Shown piece by piece: positions 10,114 to 19,453 of a stretch of DNA of 64,000 nucleotides (position 1 is the stretch's first letter; every line of letters starts with the position of its first letter). The position numbers and the translations under genes were made by a program. The notes below the pieces were generated by a model that worked only from the letters and a program-made list of their open reading frames with translations, searched no databases and was not told the DNA's origin. Origin of the DNA: a virus; the IMG/VR virus record IMGVR_UViG_3300021375_000011, positions 1 through 64,000 of that record; one strand, 5' to 3'.

Positions 10114-10781
10114 TAGTAGTTCCTTTTTCCTTTAACATTTTTACCCGGAGGGCCGTCTTTGCGATTCTCCGGAGCCGAACTACCGTTGGCAGCTTTTACG
10201 ACCGGAATCTTGTTAGTACCCATAATAGGACTGTCTACGCCGTTAGGGTAATCTGTTGTAAATTTTGCTGGAGGTGTTTTACCACCTGCTATTGTAAAAT
10301 CACTTGAGTATTCGTTGCCTACTATTTCTCTTTTGTAAGGATCAGCGGCATAGTATTCACTTGCTTTTTTGCTTTCTGAACTTTCTGGTTCTTCACCTTC
10401 TTCAGTGCCTAATACTGGATTAGGTTGCTCTGCATATCCTTTGACTTCCTCATCAACACTGTTAGCATAATCTAATTGTTGAATAATGATGTGATTTGGA
10501 TTCATTCCTAACAACTCAGCTATTTGTGTAATCTGCGGAGGTGTTGCCGGATAATTGAAAGTTACGTCCATAAATGTGCAACTATCGTTCTCTGCATCAG
10601 GAAAGTCTGCTAGTACTTTTTGTATTGGAGTTTTCTTTGGTTCTGTCATCTTTACGACATCAAACTGCTGAAGTTTTTCTTCCAATGCGTTTATTAGTTC
10701 TGGCTCGCAATCGCCTAGTATTTTGATTCTATAATCAAAAGTTTGACGAGTTTCAACCAGGTATTGTGCAAATGATTTCAT
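10113..10781 (-). CDS. Hypothetical head-associated protein
   Basis: N-terminus MKSFAQYLVE resembles a capsid-targeting sequence. TAAATA at 10802-10807 and RBS AGGA lie upstream. Confidence 0.75.
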   Translation of the reverse strand: MKSFAQYLVETRQTFDYRIKILGDCEPELINALEEKLQQFDVVKMTEPKKTPIQKVLADFPDAENDSCTFMDVTFNYPATPPQITQIAELLGMNPNHIIIQQLDYANSVDEEVKGYAEQPNPVLGTEEGEEPESSESKKASEYYAADPYKREIVGNEYSSDFTIAGGKTPPAKFTTDYPNGVDSPIMGTNKIPVVKAANGSSAPENRKDGPPGKNVKGKRNY

Positions 10782-10819
10782 CTTATGTTCCTTCTATGCA
10801 GTATTTAGCAGAATACAAC

Positions 10820-11314
10820 CTATTTTGTTTCTTTGTCTTTAGATAAAAGTCTATCTAAAAGTGCGTTTCTATCTAGTACAACGCCGGTTCCGTCTACTGT
10901 TTCTTCTTTATTTGTGTTGGCTTTTTGATCGAGGTTTGCTTTTTTAAGTTGTAAATCAACCATCTTAAGTTTCTTGTTTAATTTTGCAGTTTTAGCAGTG
11001 ATCGCATGTCCTAGCATTGTACTAGCCACTCCAAATATATCACTTGCCCATCTGCTGTCTACATTCATACCCAAATCCATCATATCATCAAAACCTTTTG
11101 TGGCTTTGTCAGCAAGATCATCCATTTCAGTATCGCTGGCTTCTAATCCACGCACTTGTGGCAATGCGGCTTGCACTTTATCAAGCTCGCTAAGTGTGTT
11201 TTGCATGATTGGGTTGTTTTCTGGCGTTGGTTCAGGAACGTTGTCTGGAGTTACTTCTTCAGTAAGCCCTTCGTCAGTTGGCAAATCAAACAGTTCTTCT
11301 AGTTTCTTGGTCAT
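10820..11314 (-). CDS. Helical protein, possible terminase small subunit (gp16-like)
   Basis: 164 aa with an acidic N-terminus, central helical hairpin/coiled coil and C-terminal VVLDRNALL. Size, architecture and position upstream of the gp17 operon fit, but this is inference only. Confidence 0.4.
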   Translation of the reverse strand: MTKKLEELFDLPTDEGLTEEVTPDNVPEPTPENNPIMQNTLSELDKVQAALPQVRGLEASDTEMDDLADKATKGFDDMMDLGMNVDSRWASDIFGVASTMLGHAITAKTAKLNKKLKMVDLQLKKANLDQKANTNKEETVDGTGVVLDRNALLDRLLSKDKETK

Positions 11315-11450
11315 GTGCTTCCTTTAAACATTTAGGACATATACAATCTTGTAACTTTTGATTCCATTCTACAACTGGCTCTAGCATACACCAACAGGTG
11401 AAATCACTATCACAGGTAAATCTAATGTTACATAGTTCGCAAGTTTTCAT
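11286..11450 (-). CDS. Cysteine-rich CWC family small protein (54 aa)
   Basis: Manual translation MKTCELCNIRFTCDSDFTCWCMLEPVVEWNQKLQDCICPKCLKEAHDQETRRTV matches the CxxC-x3-FxC...CWC...CxCPxCL pattern. Confidence 0.75.
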   Translation of the reverse strand: MKTCELCNIRFTCDSDFTCWCMLEPVVEWNQKLQDCICPKCLKEAHDQETRRTV

Positions 11451-11459
11451 TGTACTTAT

Positions 11460-12338
11460 TTACTTTGTTTTGGTAGCATAATCTTTGCTTTTCCAGGTAT
11501 AAATTGCATCAGCAATTTGAATTGTGTTTGTAGGGAACGTTTCATCAGTTAACAATGGATGGTCATAACATCTAAATAGTTTTGCTAGACGATGTGCGAT
11601 ATATGCTTCCTCAACTAAAGTTAAATTTTCTGTAGATAATTCTACGTTTTCTAATACACTTTGAATAATTTTATTACACTTTTTTTGACTTTGGTAGCCT
11701 TGGTTACGTGTTATAAAATTATGCCATATGTTTGCAGTTTCTCTTGTTGGATAAAAATTAAGATTTAGAAAATATGCACATTTATTCAAATGATAATAAA
11801 ATGCTTCTAAATTGTAAAAAGCAGATAATGGAAATACATATTTTTGTCCTGTATGCTTGAAAGTATTCCACATTGAAATACCGTAATTGTCATACTCAAA
11901 TTTACTGTAAAAATGATTTCTTAAAATTTGTTTATCATAATTCTCTTGTATGCCATGTTCATCAATAAGATCTTGAAGATCGAGATACGCTTTTGGTACT
12001 GCCTTTAATTTAAAAATTGTATTCTGGTGAAGATTGATTATATCTACTGTTTGATCACCTGCACGTAAAAGATAATTAGTAAGAGCTGCTAAACGATACT
12101 CTTCGCAACAATGTATTTCAATTACTCTATCATCATCATTAAATGGCACGTTTTCAGCTGAATAATGGCCGGTTGTGATCAATGGAACATAGCCGTCGGT
12201 GTTAACTTTTTCGTGAGCGGCTCCAGCACTATTAAACAACTGTTTGCCTTTCATGGTATTGTTACCGTATACAAACATGTCAAGCATCACTTCTAAAAAG
12301 TTACCGTGACACCCGCCGGAGAAATCTATCTTATCCAT
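11460..12338 (-). CDS. Hypothetical enzyme with N-terminal Gly loop (possibly sulfotransferase/P-loop-like)
   Basis: 292-aa AT-rich, aromatic-rich ORF beginning IDFSGGCHGNFLE. The function is inferred. Confidence 0.6.
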   Translation of the reverse strand: MDKIDFSGGCHGNFLEVMLDMFVYGNNTMKGKQLFNSAGAAHEKVNTDGYVPLITTGHYSAENVPFNDDDRVIEIHCCEEYRLAALTNYLLRAGDQTVDIINLHQNTIFKLKAVPKAYLDLQDLIDEHGIQENYDKQILRNHFYSKFEYDNYGISMWNTFKHTGQKYVFPLSAFYNLEAFYYHLNKCAYFLNLNFYPTRETANIWHNFITRNQGYQSQKKCNKIIQSVLENVELSTENLTLVEEAYIAHRLAKLFRCYDHPLLTDETFPTNTIQIADAIYTWKSKDYATKTK

Positions 12339-12346
12339 GTCTATAC

Positions 12347-12784
12347 TTATCGACGCTTTTTACCTTGATGGAATATATCTTCTTCAGTTACAACTCTAAA
12401 GGTTAGTCCGTTACGTTTGCACCACTTTTGTGCGGCATCCCATTTGGCATAGTTCACTGCAACAACCATTTTATCTCTGTTACTGGCTTTGCTTTCGAGT
12501 ATGCTTTGTTTTTTTGGTTTGATTTCTATAAGTTCCGTAACGACTTGATTGTTTTTGTTTCTATACTGTATTAGAAAATCAGGAATATATCTTGTTGGTT
12601 TGCCAGTCATTGGATTTCTGTAAGGTATTGCTAGTGACTCGCTCGACCATGTTATAATATGATCATTGCTATCGCAGAATCGCATAAATGCCAGTTCCCA
12701 ACCGCTACGAAACTTAGGAGCACCTTTGCCAGCATACTTTTGCGGATTCATTACTGTGTATGTGCCTTGTTGAAACTTTGACAT
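12347..12784 (-). CDS. gp4: Head completion nuclease (T4 gp4-like, TnsA-type fold)
   Basis: NPQKYAG..RSGWELAFMRFCD..WSSE..IPY..RYIPDF..IEIKPKKQ..NYAKWDAA..FRVVTE. Confidence 0.88.
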   Translation of the reverse strand: MSKFQQGTYTVMNPQKYAGKGAPKFRSGWELAFMRFCDSNDHIITWSSESLAIPYRNPMTGKPTRYIPDFLIQYRNKNNQVVTELIEIKPKKQSILESKASNRDKMVVAVNYAKWDAAQKWCKRNGLTFRVVTEEDIFHQGKKRR

Positions 12785-12791
12785 AACTCAC

Positions 12792-13151
12792 CTATATGAG
12801 TATGTTACGTGCAACATATTGGTTTGGAGTAGCAGTATTTGTAATGCCAAGTAGTGTTGTATTACTTCGATTATTGTTTAGATAAAAAGCCAGTGTGGCA
12901 GTAATTTGCACTTGATTTTGATTACTAAGTTCGCTTAAAATATCTTCTACTGTTGATCCTGTATCTTCGCTTATTTGAAATACTGTAAGAGTAAAATTCT
13001 TGGCTGCAAACTCATCATCAAATATACTACTAAAAAAACTTAACACAGTGTCGTATGCATTAGCATCGATAACAAGTTCTCTATTGTAGAATTCGTCAAA
13101 TGCTCTTACAGTAGGATCAGTTCCTGGATTTGTATAATTTAATGTTGCCAT
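12792..13151 (-). CDS. Hypothetical virion protein
   Basis: 119-aa ORF translationally coupled within the tail operon. Confidence 0.7.
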   Translation of the reverse strand: MATLNYTNPGTDPTVRAFDEFYNRELVIDANAYDTVLSFFSSIFDDEFAAKNFTLTVFQISEDTGSTVEDILSELSNQNQVQITATLAFYLNNNRSNTTLLGITNTATPNQYVARNILI

Positions 13152-14368
13152 TACGGACCTGTTGTTTTTGGTTTAGTGCCAGTTTGATCATTTATTGTTA
13201 CAGGACCTGTTACATTTAAACTGATATTGTTTGGTCGCAAAGTTGCCGGAGCGTTGTTACCAACTGCTTGAATATTTGGTTTGTTTGGAAATAGCACACC
13301 TCGAGCTGCACCTGGTAGTGTCTGTTTAATTTCACCACGTGCTATATTAAGCGATTCTGTTTCTATAATCTGATTAAGGTCTCTGCCTTTAAATGTTTCA
13401 TATGCCGTACCGCCTTTTTGTATAGCACCAACAACACCTGCTAAGTTACCTGCACTTAGATCGGTTATAATACCTCCAGCGGCATCAATTAGTCCGCCTT
13501 GTCCAAATACTGTAGCGGCACTGCCTGGTCGACTTAATGGACTTGGTTTAGTATCATAGTTTGCTGGATTAGCAAAACTTGGTATTGCACCATCTGGCTT
13601 GCCACCTGATAATGCTCCGTGATAGTATTTTACAGTTTCATAATCAAAGGTGAAAGTGTTTTGCATTATACCAGCACCTTCTGAATAATTGTAAGTATCA
13701 TGTTCAAAACTACTGATGATTGGATTTATTAGTGTATAAGCTGCCCACTTGTGATCGTTCATTCCAAAAATTGTTATGTCTCGGAAAAATGCTGGCTTAC
13801 CTTGCCGTGCACCATCCATATAACTTTCACCGATATAACCCCAGTCGTTTATTTCTCTGTCTTGTGTGTAGATATCTCTGAATCCATATGGAAAGGCAGC
13901 TCCTGGGTCAACACCTTGTGCGTTAGGCCCTAAACTTCCATTGGTAACTGCAGCATCAAAGTACTTTTGGCTAGCGTCTTTGTAGTAGTATGAAAAGTAA
14001 TTGTACCAAAGTGTTCTACTTAAATCACTAGCATCATCATGCATTATACATGTAATAGGATCATAATTAATACTTGTTTGTACTTTACGTTTTCTGTTGT
14101 ACTGATTCATAGTCTCAACATCAAACTTATAAGAAGGTAATTTTATTTCTTTTACAAGTAAATTTAAATTCTGTAAGTCGTCTGTTTGAAAAACATTGGC
14201 AAGTTGTGGTATTTGTTGTATATTTAGACTGAAGACTACGTGGAATAGAAATTTACGACGTGGAGAAAGAGCTCCGTTATTGCTACGGAACGTCTTACTC
14301 GCATGTGCGTAGTCTTTTAAGAAATCGTTACCAAAGAATCCTTTGAGAAAGTCTTCACCGAAAGCCAT
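13151..14368 (-). CDS. Tail tube-like protein (gp19/gp54-type tube initiator)
   Basis: LLVKEIKLPSY..MNQYNRKR..YDPITCIMHDD..TFDYET tube-fold motifs; adjacent to the tail tube gene. Confidence 0.6.
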   Translation of the reverse strand: MAFGEDFLKGFFGNDFLKDYAHASKTFRSNNGALSPRRKFLFHVVFSLNIQQIPQLANVFQTDDLQNLNLLVKEIKLPSYKFDVETMNQYNRKRKVQTSINYDPITCIMHDDASDLSRTLWYNYFSYYYKDASQKYFDAAVTNGSLGPNAQGVDPGAAFPYGFRDIYTQDREINDWGYIGESYMDGARQGKPAFFRDITIFGMNDHKWAAYTLINPIISSFEHDTYNYSEGAGIMQNTFTFDYETVKYYHGALSGGKPDGAIPSFANPANYDTKPSPLSRPGSAATVFGQGGLIDAAGGIITDLSAGNLAGVVGAIQKGGTAYETFKGRDLNQIIETESLNIARGEIKQTLPGAARGVLFPNKPNIQAVGNNAPATLRPNNISLNVTGPVTINDQTGTKPKTTGP

Positions 14369-14388
14369 AAGTTACTCCTCTAACTTAA

Positions 14389-15006
14389 TTAGCCAGTTAC
14401 GACGTCACCCAGTGTTCTTCCTACTGTTGCTCCGATTCCTGTTCCAAGTGGTGTCTGTACTGCGTTGTCATAACGTATTGATGTTTCAATAGTTACTGGA
14501 TCGTTTGAACCGTAATCTAAATCACCATAGTTAGCATTTACTAAAAAGCAACCATATAATTCCCAAGTTTCAAGTACGTTTGGTGTGCTTGTTCCGTTAC
14601 CACCATCTAATACTTCACAACGTGTAGTAAATTTGTAATCAATACCTGAACTTGCACTTGCTTGTTCTAGTGTATCCATTTGCTTTTGTATTTGCTCACC
14701 AATTAATCTACTTACATTTCCGCCAGCATCATCTCTAAATGTTGCTGATACAGCGTCCCATGTTTGACGTCCAGCAAGATAAATCCTACTGTTGTAAATT
14801 GGTACTTCAATTTCTTCAAAGTTTATAGTAGGTCTAGTAAAAGTCATTACCTGTTTGGTAAGTTCTGTTCTAGGTGTAGACACGCCAAGATTTTCAAATA
14901 CCACCCGGTAGCGATATTTTAGTTTTGGCATTAACAGTCCTTGAGTTGGACTTGATTGGTCTGATGCCAAAGGAACTGTCATTCTTGTTAGCGATGATAC
15001 GGCCAT
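14389..15006 (-). CDS. gp19: Tail tube protein
   Basis: KYRYRVVF..RPTINFEE..YLAGRQTW..ETWELYGCF..YGDLDY..SIRYDNA; immediately downstream of the sheath gene. Confidence 0.85.
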   Translation of the reverse strand: MAVSSLTRMTVPLASDQSSPTQGLLMPKLKYRYRVVFENLGVSTPRTELTKQVMTFTRPTINFEEIEVPIYNSRIYLAGRQTWDAVSATFRDDAGGNVSRLIGEQIQKQMDTLEQASASSGIDYKFTTRCEVLDGGNGTSTPNVLETWELYGCFLVNANYGDLDYGSNDPVTIETSIRYDNAVQTPLGTGIGATVGRTLGDVVTG

Positions 15007-15053
15007 TTTATAATTCTCCTTATTACAAATATTATTTATCTAAATTTCGCCAC

Positions 15054-15081
15054 AAAAAAATGAGGCCTAAACCTCATTTTT
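15054..15081 (-). terminator. Intrinsic terminator after tail sheath
   Basis: AAAAATGAGG...CCTCATTTTT inverted repeat with a T7 tract on the minus strand. Confidence 0.75.
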
Positions 15082-15097
15082 CTTTATTTAAAGTGCT

Positions 15098-18000
15098 TTA
15101 AACTGCGGCTGAGCTGGCTACGTTACCGGCTGCTATCTCGCCTGTGTTCTTAATTCTAACAGGTATGTAGATGAATTCAATTGCTTTTACTGGTTCAATT
15201 GCAACATCAACATATAATTCATTTGCATCAATCCTTGTTGGTGTGTTGTTTGATTCATCACATACTACCAAGTAGTCATATATACCACGCTTTGCTACTA
15301 GATCAATCATCAAGCTCTCTATGGTGTTCTTAATCTCATCACGTGTTGTAGTATCATTCGGCTCAAATACAAAGTTCTTACCAATAGTTTCTAGTCTTCC
15401 TCTAATAAATGCTACAAGTCTTGCAACGTTTATTCTGTCTAGTGAACTACCTGTAAATGTAGTTTTGTTACCATAGTTTAGTATGCCTGATCCAGGAATG
15501 AATGTAATTGGATTTATTGAATTCTCATACAATGTATCACGTAATCCTTGTCTTACAGCAGTTTGCGTAAACTCACCTGTCTGGGCATCTACATATCCTA
15601 ATTGACTTGCATTGTCTACCGTACCACGTCTAGTACCTGCTGGTGCTAGCCAAGGAAAAGCAACATCATCTGAACGCACAACGGTTCTAAGCATCATATG
15701 TGTTGGCGGTACAACAACTGTTGTTCCTGATAAGTCAGTTGTTTGAGCACTTGGATAAAATACTGCAAAGTATGGATCAGCAGTTGTTAGGCCATCGCCA
15801 TTTGCATTGGTTGCCCAATTGGTAATGTCTGTGCCTGTATCTGCTAAACGCATCGGAGTATCACTTAGGATAAAGCCGGTATTGTTACGCTCATTGTTAA
15901 GTGCAACTAGGTTAGTTGCAACCTCTTCATAGTTTGGACAACATAATAAGTTGTATATTTTTTGTTCTTCACGTAACTCTTGTGTTCCATCAATACCAGC
16001 TTTAAGTGCAGATACTACAATGTTTCTCACTGCTTTTCTACCCATACTAGGTGACCCATCGCTGTTATTGAGACTTGCAGTTACCCATGCATCTTTTACT
16101 GTTGGCAATGCACCGTATGTAGCAAATGGAAAGTCAGTTGAATTAAAATAATCTACTTGATAAGACTTTACATTAAATCCACTACGTCTAGTATTAAACG
16201 CTAATATACCTTCAGGATAAAGTGCAGGATCTGGTTTGTCTAAATCTACATAGTCACTTGTTAATAAAGTTTTAATTGTGTCAATATCACCAGTGATCGG
16301 ATCTGTTGATCCATCATCTGCCCAACGCATATCAGCAAATAACACTCCATTTTGTGTAGTTTGGTCAGTGTTGTCTAATAATACCCATTGATCAACTGAT
16401 TCGACACTCTGCCATCTGTAAATTACAGGCCAGTTATCTAAGTCGGCAGTTGAAATCCATATGTCACCGTATACCAATGCACTATCATCGCTTTGCTTTG
16501 TTGGTGCAGTTGAAGATACAATTGGTCCATCTGGACTTGTAGTTGAAAGATTAAATCCTCTCTGATCAGCAGTTACGTTTTGATAACCTTTCCACGTACC
16601 GCCACTCATAATCATTATGTCATTTTCAGTAGTAGCACTAAAGTACCAGTTGGTTCCGTCTGCTGGATCAACACTAGGTGCAGTTGTGCCTGCAGTGTAG
16701 ACTGGTGTAAGTCCAAATCCTAACGGAATCCAGTTACTTAAAAGCACACCACTTGCAGCGTCAGCTCTTACTTGTCCAGTTGTAACTGCACTTGTAAATC
16801 CTGCATCTGTAACTGGAGTTCCACTTGTATTAGTAAGATCAATTACACCACCCTGTGTATGTTCAATTTGAACTGCACCAGTTGATAACACTCTTGCAGT
16901 TGTATTCGCTACGTTTGCCGCAGTAAATGCAGTTACAAAATCAGTTGCAGTTGTTCCTTGTACAGTTGCAGTCACTGCGGCAGTAAGTGTAGTAGAACCT
17001 TTCACACTTGCTTGAATTGTAAATGTGTCAAGGTTTGTAAATGACGGGGTAGTTGTACTACCTGTAACCAGTGTTGCACCAGTTGCATATCTTACAAGAA
17101 ACTTATGTGTAAATGTTTCATCAGCATTTACATTTGACTGTGTGTATAAAGAACCTGCAGTGATGTTTAATCCTCCACCTGCTGGATCTAAATTTTTGTT
17201 TGCACTTTCATCGCTCGAATAAGATGGATTTGTCAGTGTGGTAAATGTATCTGTTGCACTTGAATATTGTTTAATAACATAATTTGCACCAAGATTGACA
17301 TTATTTTGTTTTGCCCAAACTGATCCTGTTGGATGAGGCTCTGTACCAGTTGTTTGCCAACTCGGGTTGTTATAATTTTTTCCATAATGCAATACTGGAG
17401 CATAATAAGGCTTGCCGTCTTTTGATGTGCTTGTTGCAATTCCAATTTCTGTTAACAATGTTGAATTGTTACCATCATCTATCATTAAGATTCCGTTGCC
17501 ATTATCAGTTGAACCATCGTTAGTACCAGCTGAATCAACGTAGATGTTTAATTTTCCATCTACAACTTTTGCACTAACACCTGCAACACTTGCACTATTA
17601 ATGTCACTTGCTACTGTAGTTAAACTTGTTCCGGATGAAGTAATTGTTGTATCGTTAAATACCATGCTGTTTCCAGCAGTAATAGTTGGATTAGTAGCTG
17701 TGCCAATCACAGTTGCCCACGAATTTTTCCATGCATCACTACCTACTAGTACCCAACTGTTTGCAGTTACAACAGGATCACTTACAGTGTTGCCTGGTGA
17801 TTTATAGTAAACAGGGTTAAGTGTGTTAGTGACGTTCACTGCATAGTCGCCAATACTTCCTATACTGGCTAATGGTATACCACTTGCAACACCACCAACT
17901 AAATCAGCAGTTTTTGTTATTACTGTTGGCACATAATTAGTAAATGTTTGTGTTGTTTCTGACCATTGAAATATTCCGAATGCACTTACACTTGTATCAA

Positions 18001-18409
18001 ACCAGTATACTCCGTTTGCTGGGTCGCCGGTTGGACGTACTAATGTTGCAGTAAGTTGACTTAGATCAACATCTGCTCTTTGTACGTATGCTCTGTTGCT
18101 TACACCTAATGTACTATAGGCTGCAAGTAGTCCATATTCGTTCAGTTCGTATCCGTTAATTGAAGTTCCAGCTGATGTACTGTAAAAGAACGGTGTTCCA
18201 AATGTAGCAGCCAAATCTCTTTGCGAAGTTATCAAGTACGGCTTGTTTGCATTTGCGGCAGTTGTACCTGCGGCAACGCCTGTGCCTGTTCCACTTACTT
18301 TATTTTGAGCAGTTGCTATCATTATAAATGGTACCGAATTAGTTGCGGCTGGAAGATAATTACTTTCGTCAATAATTGTAACTTCTACGCCTGGTGATGT
18401 TAGTGCCAT
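15098..18409 (-). CDS. gp18: Contractile tail sheath protein with large insertion domains
   Basis: N-terminal LTSPGVEVTIIDES. C-terminal PWLAPAGTRRG, INPITFIPG, LDRINVARL, FVFEPND, PVKAIEFIYIP. TATAAATA at 18449-18456. Confidence 0.95.
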   Translation of the reverse strand: MALTSPGVEVTIIDESNYLPAATNSVPFIMIATAQNKVSGTGTGVAAGTTAANANKPYLITSQRDLAATFGTPFFYSTSAGTSINGYELNEYGLLAAYSTLGVSNRAYVQRADVDLSQLTATLVRPTGDPANGVYWFDTSVSAFGIFQWSETTQTFTNYVPTVITKTADLVGGVASGIPLASIGSIGDYAVNVTNTLNPVYYKSPGNTVSDPVVTANSWVLVGSDAWKNSWATVIGTATNPTITAGNSMVFNDTTITSSGTSLTTVASDINSASVAGVSAKVVDGKLNIYVDSAGTNDGSTDNGNGILMIDDGNNSTLLTEIGIATSTSKDGKPYYAPVLHYGKNYNNPSWQTTGTEPHPTGSVWAKQNNVNLGANYVIKQYSSATDTFTTLTNPSYSSDESANKNLDPAGGGLNITAGSLYTQSNVNADETFTHKFLVRYATGATLVTGSTTTPSFTNLDTFTIQASVKGSTTLTAAVTATVQGTTATDFVTAFTAANVANTTARVLSTGAVQIEHTQGGVIDLTNTSGTPVTDAGFTSAVTTGQVRADAASGVLLSNWIPLGFGLTPVYTAGTTAPSVDPADGTNWYFSATTENDIMIMSGGTWKGYQNVTADQRGFNLSTTSPDGPIVSSTAPTKQSDDSALVYGDIWISTADLDNWPVIYRWQSVESVDQWVLLDNTDQTTQNGVLFADMRWADDGSTDPITGDIDTIKTLLTSDYVDLDKPDPALYPEGILAFNTRRSGFNVKSYQVDYFNSTDFPFATYGALPTVKDAWVTASLNNSDGSPSMGRKAVRNIVVSALKAGIDGTQELREEQKIYNLLCCPNYEEVATNLVALNNERNNTGFILSDTPMRLADTGTDITNWATNANGDGLTTADPYFAVFYPSAQTTDLSGTTVVVPPTHMMLRTVVRSDDVAFPWLAPAGTRRGTVDNASQLGYVDAQTGEFTQTAVRQGLRDTLYENSINPITFIPGSGILNYGNKTTFTGSSLDRINVARLVAFIRGRLETIGKNFVFEPNDTTTRDEIKNTIESLMIDLVAKRGIYDYLVVCDESNNTPTRIDANELYVDVAIEPVKAIEFIYIPVRIKNTGEIAAGNVASSAAV

Positions 18410-18520
18410 GTTTTGATTCCTTTTGAATGCTTTATAATCTGTTAATGATATTTATATGAATATGCCAAAATAAGCCGTTACAACTGCCCTTTGCAAAGGT
18501 TTGTGCAACTAAATATCCGT

Positions 18521-18868
18521 ATGAGTAGACCTATTTGCAATGCTTGTAACCGCCGTTTTGTAGCAATAAACTATGTCGCTGAAGGAAAGAAGCACTATAG
18601 AAGTCGATGCGACAGTTGTACACGCAAAAAAAGACAAAGGAAAGCTCCAGTTCCTCGTTGGCAACTAGAAGGTTACCAAAAGAAAAAGATATGTGACCGT
18701 TGCGGCTTTGTTGCTAAAAGTGGAGCACAAATATTAGTTTATCATGTTGATGGAAATTTAAAAAATATTAATCTTGCTAATCTTAGAAGCATCTGTTTAA
18801 ATTGTAGTGTGGAAATAATAAGATTAGATCTGCCTTGGAAAGTAGGTGATCTTGTTGAGGACCAATGA
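18521..18868 (+). CDS. Zn-finger/HNH-like protein
   Basis: CNAC, CDSC and CDRC, plus VYHVDGNLKNINLANLRSICLNC (HNH-type). TAAATA lies 5 nt before ATG 18521. Confidence 0.75.
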   Translation: MSRPICNACNRRFVAINYVAEGKKHYRSRCDSCTRKKRQRKAPVPRWQLEGYQKKKICDRCGFVAKSGAQILVYHVDGNLKNINLANLRSICLNCSVEIIRLDLPWKVGDLVEDQ

Positions 18869-19453
18869 TTGTAAATCATTGAGGCTACTGTTATTATAAA
18901 GAATACAATCAAATTTAGTATTAACATCTATCCACTTGTATTCGCTTTCGTGAACATCAAAGCCACTCATTAAATTACTTGTGTCTGGGTTTGCATTGTC
19001 TAATATTGCTCGTTGAAACCATTCAGGATCCTTGCCTCTTTTTACTTGCCAAACTTTTCCGCCAAGGTCACGTATCATGTTTTGTTCGTTGCGAAAACGT
19101 ACATCTGGTACAACATAGTTCCCAGGATTGTCGATCATGTGTTTCTTAAGGAGGCTTACCCACACACCGTTGTCAAACCCATCACGCATACATTCGGTAC
19201 CAAATTCTTGTAGTACTATCCTTGGTGTTATAGTCCTTCCAGTTTCTTGTGTCCAAAACGCATCTGCTTGTTCTCGCCAATCTCGGCTTTCGTCTGTATC
19301 TCCTTCGAGCATTGCTCTATCCCAACCAAATATTGTGGCGACACCGTCTTTGAGTTTGTCTGCAAAACTTACTTTAGTAAAACCTTGTTCTACTAATATG
19401 TCAGCAACAGTTCCTTTACCGCTACCTATAAGTCCGCAAATACCAACTATCAT
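18824..19453 (-). CDS. gp1: Deoxynucleoside monophosphate kinase
   Basis: GLIGSGKGT P-loop, SFADKLKD, TPRIVLQEFGTE, VPDVRFRNE and HESE motifs. Confidence 0.92.
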   Translation of the reverse strand: MIVGICGLIGSGKGTVADILVEQGFTKVSFADKLKDGVATIFGWDRAMLEGDTDESRDWREQADAFWTQETGRTITPRIVLQEFGTECMRDGFDNGVWVSLLKKHMIDNPGNYVVPDVRFRNEQNMIRDLGGKVWQVKRGKDPEWFQRAILDNANPDTSNLMSGFDVHESEYKWIDVNTKFDCILYNNSSLNDLQSLVLNKITYFPRQI

